Below are positions 28,884 through 40,259 of a DNA stretch of 64,000 nucleotides, one piece after another. Below the pieces are notes generated by a model, which saw nothing but the letters and a program-made list of their open reading frames with translations, was not told the DNA's origin and did not search any database. The position numbers were made by a program, and so were the translations under genes. Every line of letters begins with the position of its first letter. Positions within the stretch are counted from its first letter, which is position 1. This stretch comes from Eledone cirrhosa (Eukaryota): positions 35,650,001-35,714,000 of the forward strand of contig OZ024746.1 in the NCBI GenBank assembly GCA_964016885.1, written 5' to 3'.

Positions 28884-29063
28884 GTTGTTTTCAAATTCTT
28901 GTGTAGTTGTGGCTACATCTAGTGGTCGGTCAACAGGTGAAGACAATTCTTCCTCTCTCTGACCTCTGCCTTTGGCATCTGCTGCTGTGACAGTGGCAGG
29001 GGGAAGCTGTGAGTATGACTTCCCCTTTCCTTCTTTGATTGATGGTGAAGATGCTTCAGCCAT
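27226..29063 (-). pseudogene. Tx1 ORF1 (gag-like, CCHC zinc knuckle), frameshifted in a low-complexity region
   Basis: Starts MAEASSP.., has a poly-Asn tract and IIVEGRRPSCYLCGNRGHLRAACP. It continues out of frame into the Pro/Thr-rich 27226-27597 frame. Confidence 0.8.
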
Positions 29064-29266
29064 TTTTCTCAAAATAGGGTTTTTCGAAGTTTTTCGAAAG
29101 ATAAAATGTTCACAATACTATTTCGCCCAAAGGCGCAGACTATTTTGAGAGACCGACCAGATCAAAATTTGACCTGGCAGTCCCTCTACAAAATGATACA
29201 AAAATGAAAGTTTACAGTTTACAATTTCCGTATGAATTTAAACAAAAACTTACCGAGCGAGCTCAG

Positions 29267-29304
<38 letters not shown>

Positions 29305-29706
29305 CGCAAAACAAAATACCTGTTCATAATGTGATATTCCTTGTTCGATCATTATACCAAAGCTTATGGTTTTAAGCTGACAGTATTATTGTTTTGGGTG
29401 TCATATAAACCCTGTATTTGGATTTTACCATCTATTCCAATGGGTCCAGGTTGGTTATATATGTGTGCATATGTATATATATATATATATATGATTTTAT
29501 CATTTATTTTGTCTGATCTGTTTAGCTTGATATGTTTTCTGGCTTAGGTGGTTAATGCACTCTTGACCACTTTTTAAGTTTGTATGGCGTTTTAACATAT
29601 GTTTAGCTCTGGCTTTTTAACTATAGAGCGCTTGCCAGCATAATTATAATTTTACTTTTCGTTTCGCTTTTTCTACCCGCCGAAATGTGATTCTTGATGA
29701 ATTTAC

Positions 29707-29784
<78 letters not shown>

Positions 29785-30709
29785 TAATAAATTAACGAAA
29801 TCTACTACCGAATGTTAATTCATGCATATATGGCATCGTGACACCGTGCCACATTCTATTTTACTGATTCATAATTGAAATAAATTCCAGAAATAGAGTA
29901 TATTCATACAGATATGGTTGTACGATGACACTAATCTAACATACCAATTAGGGTTATACCACTCATATCACCCAACATTAAAAACAATGTCAAATATAGA
30001 TTTAATTACTCATTCACCGATGACTGTTAGTATCAGTTATGAAAATATGTGCATTTTTCAACAGTTAGTTGGAACACCGGAAATATCTACATCGTCCAAC
30101 AATGCACGTTCAACACATGGAAAACGAGTTTTACAGACACCTAACATGTTCGTTGTAGTTAGTTTTGTTTTCGTGTCTGTCAGCGGTTTGAAATCAAGTT
30201 GAAATCGTGACGTAGTCGCGGTCAGGTTGGAAGTTGTGTGGTAGTTGCTTACGACTGGTGGCATTTTAGCTAGAAAGCACAGCACAATACAGCCAAATTT
30301 GTATCTCAAGCTAATGGGAGATTATTACATATAAAAGTTTACATATATATATATACATATATATACATATACGTGTTTTGCAACTGGTCACTTTGTTGCT
30401 CAATGAAAAATTAATGAATTAAATAATCAGAGCTATATATTATAAAACATGTCCATAGAATCACAAGATAAAATATATACTATTTCCTCTCCCAATTAGC
30501 ATAATTAACTATATAAAAAATCGAATAGACCAGGCTATAAGAATGAGGCTTCTATGAAGAAATCTCTGACAAATAACCAAAACTAGCCCTTCGCGTCGGC
30601 CGTAGCGGAATATTTATCGAATATTTCGACAGCGTAATCGCCCAGATACAGTCAACTAAACAGAATTAGGTGTAAAATAAACTAGGAGAATATAGAATAC
30701 ATTTAAATA

Positions 30710-30795
30710 CCTCTACCATGGTTTCATCCGTATTTTGAGTCTTCCAATAATTATGTAATAATTATATAAACTCGAGCGCCGGATTCATCAGGATG
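30710..30795 (-). ncRNA. Type I hammerhead ribozyme motif
   Basis: CATC-CTGATGA-ATCCG..CGGAT-GAAA-CCATGG-TA|-GAGG. Confidence 0.75.
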
Positions 30796-31424
30796 TTCGC
30801 TCTTATCTAGACGTTAAATTTTCCAAAGTGATCGCGCCAAGAATTCATTCAAAATGGCTAAAAATCGTGACGTAGTCGCGGTCAGGTTGGAAGTGGTGTG
30901 GTAGTTGCTTACGACTGGTGACATTTTAGCTAGAAAGCACAGCACAATACAGCCAAATTTGTATCTCAAGCTAATGGGAGATTATTACATATAAACGTTT
31001 ACATATATATATATACATATATATATACATATACCTGTTTTGCAACTGGTCAATTTGTGGCTCAATGAAAAATTAATGAATTAAATAATCAGAGCTATAT
31101 ATCATAAAACATGTCTATAGAATCACAAGATAAAATATATACTATTTCCTCTCCCAATTAGCATAAGTAACTATATAAAAAATCGAATAGACCAGGCTAT
31201 AAGAATGTATATATATATGTAAACTTTTATATGTAATAATCTCCCATTAGATTAAGATACAAATTTGGCTGTATTGTGCTGTGATTTCTAGCAAAAATGC
31301 CACCAGTCGTAAGCAATTACCACACCCTTCCAACCTGACCGCGACTACGTCACGATTGTTAGCCATTTTGAATGAATTCTTGGCGCGATCACTTTGAAAA
31401 ATTTAGTGTCTAGATAAGAGCGAA

Positions 31425-31510
31425 CTTCCTGATGAATCCGGCGCTCGAATTTATATAATTATTACATAATTATTGGAAGACTCAAATTACGGATGAAACC
31501 ATGGTAGAGG
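31425..31510 (+). ncRNA. Type I hammerhead ribozyme motif
   Basis: CTTC-CTGATGA-ATCCG..(~50 nt insert)..CGGAT-GAAA-CCATGG-TA|-GAGG. The core is canonical, stem III is palindromic and the triplet is GUA. Confidence 0.82.
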
Positions 31511-31775
31511 TATTTAAATGTATTCTATTTTCTCCTAGTTTATTTTACACCTAATTATGTTTAGTTGACTGTATGTGGGCGATTACGCTGACGAAATATT
31601 CGATAAATATTCCGCTACGGCCGACGCGAAGGGCTAGTTTTGGTTATTTGTCGGAGATTTCTTCATAGAAGCCTCATTCTTATAGCCTGGTCTATTCGAT
31701 TTTTTATATAGTGAATTATGCTAATTGGGAGAGGAAATAGTATATATTTTATCTTATGATTCTATAGACATGCTT

Positions 31776-31835
<60 letters not shown>

Positions 31836-31838
<3 letters not shown>

Positions 31839-32092
31839 CTTGACCGACCAGTCTATCGGGCGTCCATTCGGCGTCGCTGGTCACATCACGTCGTGCTGTT
31901 TTAGACATAATATAACGCCATCCCACTGGCTGGGCAGACAGGCCGGTACTCCTCATCTCATTTCTACAGCTGAGTAAACAGGAGCAACGTGAAATAAAGT
32001 GTCTTGCTCAAGGAAACAACACATCACCCGGTCCGAGAATTGAACTCACAACCTTTCAATTGCAAGCCCAAACCACTAAGCCATGCGCCTTC
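31836..32092 (-). mobile_element. tRNA-derived SINE
   Basis: Minus strand has A-box TGGCTTAGTGG, B-box GAGTTCAATTC and then a ccttgagcaagacacttt central motif. Flanked by microsatellites. Confidence 0.75.
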
Positions 32093-32255
32093 ACACACAC
32101 ACACACATATATATATATTCATATATATATATATATACACACACACGTATATATATATATATATCGAAGGAAATGTGGTAATGAACCAGGTGGACCATAA
32201 CGCACCAAAGTACTCAATACTTAGGGTAGTAGAGTGGGTAATAGGAACAAGTAAG

Positions 32256-32349
32256 TCCCCGACGGCTGAGCTCAAGCCGTCTCGACGGCTAATTCTGGAC
32301 TGAATGAAAATGTATTCTGGTATTTAAATAGCCGAGCTTATCAAGGGGT
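32256..32349 (-). ncRNA. U3-A8 hammerhead motif, probably inactivated (GAAA to GAGA)
   Basis: Same fold as 35785-35878 but with A14G. Confidence 0.55.
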
Positions 32350-33324
32350 AATTCCATATATGGTCAAAGAGATAATCGCCAGGATTGGTCACATCACAAG
32401 TTAGTATCTGTGATGGCAAATTGATGGTGGAAGGGGTAGCTGAACCTGCCGGTAGGAGAAAAGGGGAGAGGGGGTCGAGTAGACCCATTCATGCGTTGGT
32501 AGTACCGGCTACAGCTGGATGTGAGGTCAAAGAGGCTACTGGAGAGGGGGAGGGGGAGGAAGTTGAAACGGTAAGTAGAACAATGACGGGTAAAACTATA
32601 AAAAGTACTGAGAGAGAAAAAAAATAAGCGAAGTCTGGTTACTAAGACTTAAGTCTCTCGCTATTGCTAGGCTAAAGAAATACATAAATAAATAGGTAAA
32701 CAAATGAGTGATTAAAAGAATAGATAAATAAATAAAAAAAAAAAATGAATGAAGAATAAAAAAATAAATAAAAATAAACTAGGTGGGACGGAGATAAAGG
32801 GACCCTTATACGCGGTATAGGTGCGTGTATCGTACAGTGACGGGTCAACAAAGGAGGGGGGGGGGGCGAAATACTAAAGAGACTACCACGAAATAATAAA
32901 GGTTTTTACCCCAATCACAGGGCCAGCAACCACCACTTTAAGGGTACCGCCACGAAACAAAAAGTCTTATACAAGCTACATGAAAGATCGTACGAAGTAA
33001 AAGTAAAGAGCGGAAAATTAATAAAGAAACACCCCCCCACCCCCCCACACCTCCAAAAAAAGGGAAAAAGAGGAAAACTGGATAAACGAGAAATTAAAGA
33101 AGAGATGCCACTAAGATATATAGAAGGCACGGAAAAAAGGGACAGCGGTCGGAGAAGGGGAAAGTATCCGAAGTCTAACACCTCTGCTATAAAAAGCGGA
33201 GTCAGCCAAATCTATCATAGAATAGTGGAGGTGGTGGTGGTGCTGAAGCTACAAAGGACCGAGGGGCTACCTCGGGTGGGCGAGAAAAAGACGACGACAA
33301 AGAAAGGGAACTGGGGTAGAAGGA

Positions 33325-35599
33325 CTAGGGAGGGATGGGGGAAGGATGAAATATAGAAGAAGCGATAAAAGAATGTAAAAGAAGATCGTACGTCTCCATT
33401 GGCAAGCAGGGGTTACCCCTTACAAAATAGGCAAGTGGGGGTGTTATAGCCCTAGCCGGGTCATTATGGGGTTTGAGGGCGAGGTAAGTCTTACGTAATC
33501 GCTGTTTACATGCAGTAACCAGTTCATCTTTCTTGTTTAGGAGTTGGTCCGTCGATAACAGCATTTGTAAAGTTTCCTCCGAGCATAAATTGCACGGACG
33601 GCGTCCTCCCGTGTAAGAGTTGGCTCTGGACAGTAATTTCCAAGTGAGATCATAGTTGATGTTGTTGTCCTTGAGGTGCCATATGTGGCCCGAAAGTGTA
33701 GTGGCGTGACGCCGGGCCGGGTTTCGGAAGGTATGTCTGTGTTGGTATAGCCGGGTCTTGAAGTCACATGCGGTTAATCCTATATAAGCTTTGTTGGTGC
33801 CCGTGCTCACGTTGCACTGGTAGATCACATTACGGTCTCTGCATCTGTTGTCGAGGGGGCAACTGGATCTATCAGGACAGTTGCACCTCCTGGTCGGCGC
33901 TCCACTGCTATTTAGGTTGTTTCTTCCATCGGGGTTGAGTATTTTGTTGTTGGAGGAGACGATGTTTTGTGCGAAGTCAGGTGTAGTGCTGTAAGAGAGT
34001 TTGATGGTATTTTTGTTAATTATGTTATGGTAGCGGTGTTGCGGTGGGAAGTGTTTTTCAATGAGCCCAAAGAAAATTTTCCCGATGGGAGTTGTCACCT
34101 CGTCGTTGTGGGGAGGATTGAACCATGTTACATTGCGTGAGCTGCGGTGTCGCCTGCTGGCTCCGCTAATGGGAGCTGGACAGTAGGATATTTCCTCCCG
34201 GAAGCCACTCCGCTTGAGGGCCTGGTTGTAGTAAGGCGCATGTTCATCGAATATCTTCTCATTAGCTGACAAACGGGATATGCGGAGGGAGATGTTTTTG
34301 ACCAGGTTGTTGGTGATGTTCCTAGGATGGTTAGATCGGCGGTGGATGTAGTGCAGGTTGTCATTGGGTTTCCTGTATGGGTAGTACAGGTCATTATTGA
34401 GATCGAGGGTAACGTACAGGAAATTAACTCGGGTCAGGGACGTTTGTAGGGTTATTTTAAATCCCCAGTCGCGGAAGAAGCTGATTAATTGTTTACGGAC
34501 CCGATCTGTACTATTGGGGTTGTACCCTTTAAGGGTAAGGAGCCCATCATCACGGTACAATCCACCACCGAAAGCAGGAAACGTATCGGTGAGTTTGGCT
34601 ATAAGGAATAATCCTATAAGATCAGTGACCTCCGCCGAATCCGTAGCGCCCATGCTGACGTCGAAGCGTGAGTCGGGAGCTCTTTTTACCCATTTGGAGT
34701 TGTCAAAGAGTAAGACTGTCTTCCCATTCGTGGAGGATGATTTTTCTTTCCTGGTCGGTGATGGGCACGAGTGCTTCGGCGAAGTCCATGGCTGCAGTAA
34801 GTAGCGGTAAGGTGATAGAAGCATCGTAGCTCTCTATGTCGAACTGGATAAATTTAGTGTCTCGTTTATCCTCCATATTGCTGAACCATGAGATAACTTC
34901 CTGGGTGTTGATCCATAGGCTAAGTCTGACGTATTGCTTGACTTTCGGTATCACGCGGTCTAGGATTTTTTTGCTGATTCTCCCTATGTCGGACTTCGTT
35001 GGGTTTATAAGCCTGATAGATGGTTTACGGTCGAAATCGGATTTGTGGTCCTTCAGTGTGAAGTAAGGTGTCCGCGGGTCTAGGGGTTCGGTGCGGTCGG
35101 CGACCCCGAGGCTGGAGGTAATTTGTTGTCCATCTCGATTAATGTCCTCGATGCATGAGTGGTTAGCCTTTTTATAGGTGGAGTTTAGGCTGCTCCTGAT
35201 CAGTGTGTGGTATCTGTCGGGGTTGACAAAGTATAGGTTCCCAGTTTTATCCGAATGTACCATGATGTCATTGGTGTTATCATACTCTGTTATGTTTCTA
35301 CGGAGTTTTTGTAGGAATCGGTTGTGTCTGGGTTTGAATTTAAGGTTATTGACCAGTTGGAAGAGGTCATTCTCGAAGGGTGAGAGCAAAGGTTTCGGTG
35401 GGGGAGATTTGTAGGTAATAAATCCGAATGTCTCCTTGGTACCGAAGTCGTGATTGTCGCAAAATCTGTCGTAGAAAAAAGTTCTCCATCTAAGTTTTTT
35501 CGCAAATAGATTGATTTTTTGCGTGAGCATCCGAAGGTAAAGTTTTTTCGGTGGGATTGGGATGTTCTTGGTAGAGAAGTCGATGTTGTGTTTTCGCAT
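33325..35599 (-). pseudogene. Naiad-type RT + GIY-YIG endonuclease (one frameshift near 34725)
   Basis: Motifs: FSTKNIPIP, SDKT, FTLKDHK..RLINPTKS, FIQFDIESY, FDVSMG, GLYRDD, CNC..CPL..C, VIYQC..YIG..FKTRLYQH and CNLC. The clade label comes from remembered motifs, not a tree. Confidence 0.88.
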
Positions 35600-35784
35600 G
35601 GTGCGGGTGAGAGAAATTGAGCTTAGCGGAAAAGTCTGGGTACGGCGTGGTAAGGTCGGAAAGTGCTCTACTACGGGGATAGGAGCTAGATAACGAATGA
35701 AATGTGGTAAGGAACCAGGTGGATCATAACGCACCAAAGTACTCAATACTTAGGGTAGTAGAGTGGGTAATAGGAACAAGTAAG

Positions 35785-35878
35785 ACCCCGACGGCTGAGC
35801 TCAAGCCGTTTCGACGGCTAATTCTGGACTGAATGAACATTTATTCTGGTATTTATATAGCCGAGCTTATCAAGGGGT
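35785..35878 (-). ncRNA. Hammerhead ribozyme motif, U3-A8 core variant
   Basis: ACCCC-TTGATAA-G(ct)CGGCTA..TAGCCG(t)C-GAAA-CGGCT(tgagctc)AGCCG-TC|-GGGGT. Confidence 0.75.
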
Positions 35879-36457
35879 AATTCCATATATGGTCAAAGAG
35901 ATAATCGCCAGGATTGGTCACATCACAAGTTAGTAGTAAATCATGATGGCAAATTGGTGGAGGAAGGGGTAGCTGAACCTGCCGGTAGGAGAAAAGGGGA
36001 GAGGGGGTGGAGTAGACCCATTCATGCGTTGGTAGTGCCGGCTGCAGCTGGGTGTGAGGTCAAAGAGGCTACTGGGGAGGGGGAGGGGGAGGAAGTCGAA
36101 ACGGTAAGTAGAACAATGACGGGTAAAACTATAAAAAGTACTGAGAGAGAAAAAAAATAAGTGAAGTCTGGTTACTAAGACTTAAGTCTCTCGCTATTGC
36201 TAGGCTAAAGAAATACATAAATAAATAGGTAAACAAATAAGTGAATAAAAGAATAGATAAATAAATAAAAAAAAAATATATAATGAAGAATAAAAAAATA
36301 AATAAAAATAAACTAGGTGGGACGGAGATAAAGGGATCCTTATACGAGGTATAGGTGCGTGTATCGTACGGTGACGTAGGGTGATTTTAAAACCCCAGTC
36401 GCGGAAGAAGGTGATTAATTGTTTACGGACCCGATCTGTACTACGGGGGTTGTACCC

Positions 36458-38760
36458 TTTAAAATAATCCTACAAACGTCCCTGACCCGAGTTAATTTCC
36501 TGGACGTTACACTCGATCTCAATAATGACCGGTATTACCCATACAGGAAACCCAATGACAACCTGCACTACATCCACCGCCGATCTAACCATCCTAGGAA
36601 CATCACCAACAACCTGGTCAAAACATCTCCCTCCGCATATCCCGTTTGTCACCTAATGAGAAGATATTCGATAAACATGCGCCTTACTACAACCAGGCCC
36701 TCAAGCGGCGTGGCTTCCGGGAGGAAATATCCTACTGTCCAGCTCCCATTAGCGGAACCAGCAGGTGACACCGCCGTTCACGCAATGTAACATGGTTCAA
36801 TCCTCCCCACAACACCGAGGTGACAACTCCCATCGGGAAAATTTTCTTTAGGCTCATTGAAAAACACTTCCCACCACAACACCGCTACCACAACATATTT
36901 AACAAAAATACCATCAAACTCTCTTACAGCACTACACCTAGCTTCGCACAAAACATCGTCTCCTCCAACAACAAAAAACTCAACCCCGATGGAAGAAACA
37001 ACCTAAATAGCAGTGGAGAGCCGACCAGGAGGTGCAACTGTCCTGATAGATCCAGTTTCCCCCTCGACAACAGATGCAGAGACCGTAATGTGATCTACCA
37101 GTGCAACGTGAGCACGGACACCTACAACAAAGCTTATATAGGATTAACCGCATGTGACTTCAAGACCCGGCTATACCAACACAGACATACCTTCCGAAAC
37201 CCGGCCCGGCGTCACACCACTACACTTTCGGGCCACATATGGGACGGGACCTCAAGGACAACAACATCAACAAGATCTCACTTGGAAATTACTGTCCAAA
37301 GCCAACTCTTACACGGGAGGACGCCGTCCGTGCAATTTATGCTCGGAGGAAACTTTACAAATGCTGTTTTCGACGGACCAACTCCTAAACAAGAAAGATG
37401 AACTGGTTACTGCATGTAAACAGCGATTACGTAAGACTTACCTCGCCCTCAAACCCCATAATGACACACGGGGGGGGGGGGGGGGGGTAGACTAGAGCTA
37501 TAACACCCCCACTTGCCTATTTTGTAAGGGGTAACCCCTGCTTGCCAATGGAGACGTAAGATCTTCTTTTACATTCTTTTATCGCTTCTTCTATATTTCA
37601 TCCTTCCCCCCATCCCTCCCTAGTCCTTCTACCCCAGTTCCCTTTCTTTGTCATCGTCTTTTTCTCGCCCACCCGAGGTAGCCCCTCGGACCTTTGTAGC
37701 TTCAGCTCCACCCCCCTCCTCTATTCTATGATAGATTTGGCTGACTCCGCTTTTTATAGCATAGGTGTTAGACTTCGGATACTTTCCCCCCTTCTCCGAC
37801 CGCTGTCCCTTTTTTCCGTGCCTTCTATATTTCTTAGTGGCATCTTTGCTTTAATTTTTCGTTTATCCAGTTTTCCTCTTATTACCTTTTTTTGGAGGGG
37901 GGGGGGGGGTTTCTGTATTAATTTTCCGTTCTTTACTTTTACTTCGTACGATCTTTCATGTAGCTTGTATAAGACTTTTTGTTTCGTGGCGGTACCCTTA
38001 GAGTTAGCACGAGTATTTTTTTGCGGGTCCCCGAACTATATTCTCGTACTAGTTTACTTTCTTGCTCTGGGTCGTTGCTGGCCCTGTGATTGGGGTAAAA
38101 ACCTTTATTATTTCGTGGTAGTCTCTTTAGTATTTCGGGCCCTCCTTTGTTGACACGTCACCGTACGATACACGCACCTATACCTCGTATAGGGTCCCTT
38201 TATCTCCGTCCCACCTAGTTTATTTTTATTTATTTTTTATACTTCATTATATATTTTTTTTAAATTTATTTATCTATTCTTTTATTCACTTATTTGTTTA
38301 CCTATTTATTTATGTATTTCTTTAGCCTAGCAATATCTAGAGACTTAAGTCTTAGTAACCAGACTTCGCTTATTTTTTTCTCTCTCTCAGTACTTTTATA
38401 GTTTTACCCTTCATTGTTCTACTTACCGTTTCGACTTCCTTCCCCTCCCCCTCCCCAGTAGCCTCTTTGACCTCACATCCAGCTGTAGCCGGTACTACCA
38501 ACGCATGAATGGGTCTACTCCACCCCCTCACCCTTTTTCTCCTACCGGCAGGTTCAGCTACCCCTTCCCCCACCAATTTGCCATCACAGATTTACTACTA
38601 ACTTGTGATGTGACCAATCCTGGCGATTATCTCTTTGACCATATATGGAATTGCCCCTTGATAAGCTCGGCTATATAAATACCAGAATAAATTTTCATTC
38701 AGTCCAGAATTAGCCGTCGAAACGGTTTGAGCTCAGCCGTCGGGGTCTTACTTGTTCCTA
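36458..38760 (+). mobile_element. Inverted, 5'-truncated copy of the Naiad-type element
   Basis: Reverse complement of about 34460-32245 (RT thumb, GIY-YIG, 3' UTR, pLTR). It is frameshifted and ends at ttcctat|(TA)n. Confidence 0.92.
38653..38746 (+). ncRNA. Hammerhead ribozyme motif, U3-A8 core variant
   Basis: GCCCC-TTGATAA-GCTCGGCTA..TAGCCGTC-GAAA-CGGTT..AGCCG-TC|-GGGGT. The substitutions produce G-U pairs. Confidence 0.72.
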
Positions 38761-38870
38761 TATATATATATATATATATATAATGAAAAATTGAACAGGG
38801 ACAGAACAGAGAGGCAGTACGATAAATGTTTCTTAAATTCACGCTCAGGAGAGTGGAGGGTAGGTGGGGG

Positions 38871-38903
38871 ACGACGTTTCGGGCATAAGCCCTTCTTCAG
38901 GTG
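38871..38903 (-). ncRNA. Minimal hammerhead-like motif in pLTR
   Basis: AC-CTGAAGA-A-GGGC(TTAT)GCCC-GAAA-CG-TC|-GT. Stem I is only about 2 bp. Confidence 0.55.
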
Positions 38904-40259
38904 AGAGTTCAAAAGGTGTGTAGGGGAGTGGTGGAGAGACATGTAGCAAAAGGAAACGGTGCGAATGAAAAATTAACAAATAAAGACAAAAATATTATAA
39001 AAAATAAATAAAAATAAAGCATGATCAAAATACAAGGAATGAGAAAATTTAAAAATAAAGGCATGATCAAAATAAACTGAAATTAAAAGGGGGGTAAACA
39101 GGTGGTGGAAGGGTGTGGGGTGAGTAGAGGTGGTGGCGGGTGGAGTGGGGAGAGGGAGACGGGGTGTCCGAGCGGGGAGGGCTGAAGGTGGTGTGTGTGG
39201 TTAGGTGTGCGTGTGTGTGTGTGTGTGTGTATGTGAAAGTGAGGGTTGGGGGAAGAACGGGGTTGCATGTTCAGGAAGGTGTGTGTGGGGGGTGTTGGTG
39301 TGGGTCGGAGGGTATGTTCGTGTGTGGATAGGGGGGTGGGGGGGAGAGGAATCAGGGGGCTGAGGGTGTAAATATGTGGTGGGAAGCACGTGTGTGTGGT
39401 TTAAGCGTGTTGTGGGTGTGGGTGGCGTGTGGATAAAAACATTTTTTTGGGGGTGTGTGTGTGGGTGAGTTCTATAGGTGATGGTGTAAGAGGATGGTTG
39501 AAAAGTGGTAAGTTACACGGATGTATGGAGATTTTGGTTGGAAGTCAATAACGCGTGTGGGTAATCCAAGAAGCGGTGGTCGGAAGAGGAGAGATGTGGG
39601 GTGCGCGCGCAACAGGAAGTGGTCAGCAGTGGAAGTGCTGTGGTCAGTTGGTGCTGAGACAGTGGTCGGAAGGGCATAGCAGCAGTCGGCGGAATGGTAG
39701 GGAGGCGAGGATGGGTAGGTGTGAGAGTTGGAGTGAGGAGGGTGTGTGTGTGTGTGTGTGTGTGTTTGTGTATTAGAAGGGGTGTTAGTGGGATGAGTAG
39801 GTGTGGAGTGGGGAGAGAAGGGTGTGTGTGGTTCTATGGAGGGAGTGTGGTGTACTGGTGTGTGTGTAGTTTGGTGAAGAGGTGTTAGTGGGTGTTAGGA
39901 TACGGAAGGTGGGGAGGGGTGGAATGCAGGTGTGAGTGGGGGTTAGTTGGGGTAGGTGTGTAGAGTTGGTGGTGTACGAGGGTGTGTGGGTACGTGTGCG
40001 TGGGGTTGGAGGGTGCTAGTGATGTTAGTTGCGTGTGGGGTGGGTGGTGTAAGTGGGTGCGTGTGTGCGTGTGATAAGGAGGGGGGAGGAGGAGAAGAGG
40101 GGAGGGAAGGGATGTTCGTATGTTAGTTGGGGAAGGGTGGTCAGATGAGGGGTGGAGTGGAGGTGTTAGTATTGTTAGTGTGGGGTGGGCGGTAAAAAGG
40201 AGGGGTGTGTTAGTGGTGTTAGTGGGGGATAAGTGTGGGGGGAGGGGGGCGGTCAAACG

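Larger units (their letters stand above)
23501..29270 (-). mobile_element. Near full-length L1/Tx1-clade LINE inserted in a (TA)n tract
   Basis: Order is 5' UTR, ORF1 with CCHC knuckle, ORF2 (APE-RT-zinc finger) and T-rich 3' UTR. (TA)n directly abuts both ends (23445-23500 and 29270-29300). Confidence 0.93.
30202..31775. mobile_element. Non-autonomous HHR-bearing element (retrozyme/PLE-like): 660 bp unit in partial tandem plus inverted copy
   Basis: The unit 30202-30861 repeats from 30862 to about 31206. 31207-31775 is inverted and ends in (TA)n. There is no credible ORF. Confidence 0.85.
32165..36375 (-). mobile_element. Full-length Naiad-type Penelope-like element with direct pseudo-LTRs (~32165-32845 and ~35695-36375)
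   Basis: About 680 bp direct repeats flank a single RT/GIY-YIG ORF and 3' UTR. The 3' end abuts (TA)n. Confidence 0.9.

Noticed and set aside
33325-35599. Selenocysteine recoding, which is known in some Naiad elements
   Set aside because: The conserved Cys positions (CNC, CPL..C, CNLC) are ordinary Cys codons in an open frame, here and in the 55 kb family. The only break is a frameshift.
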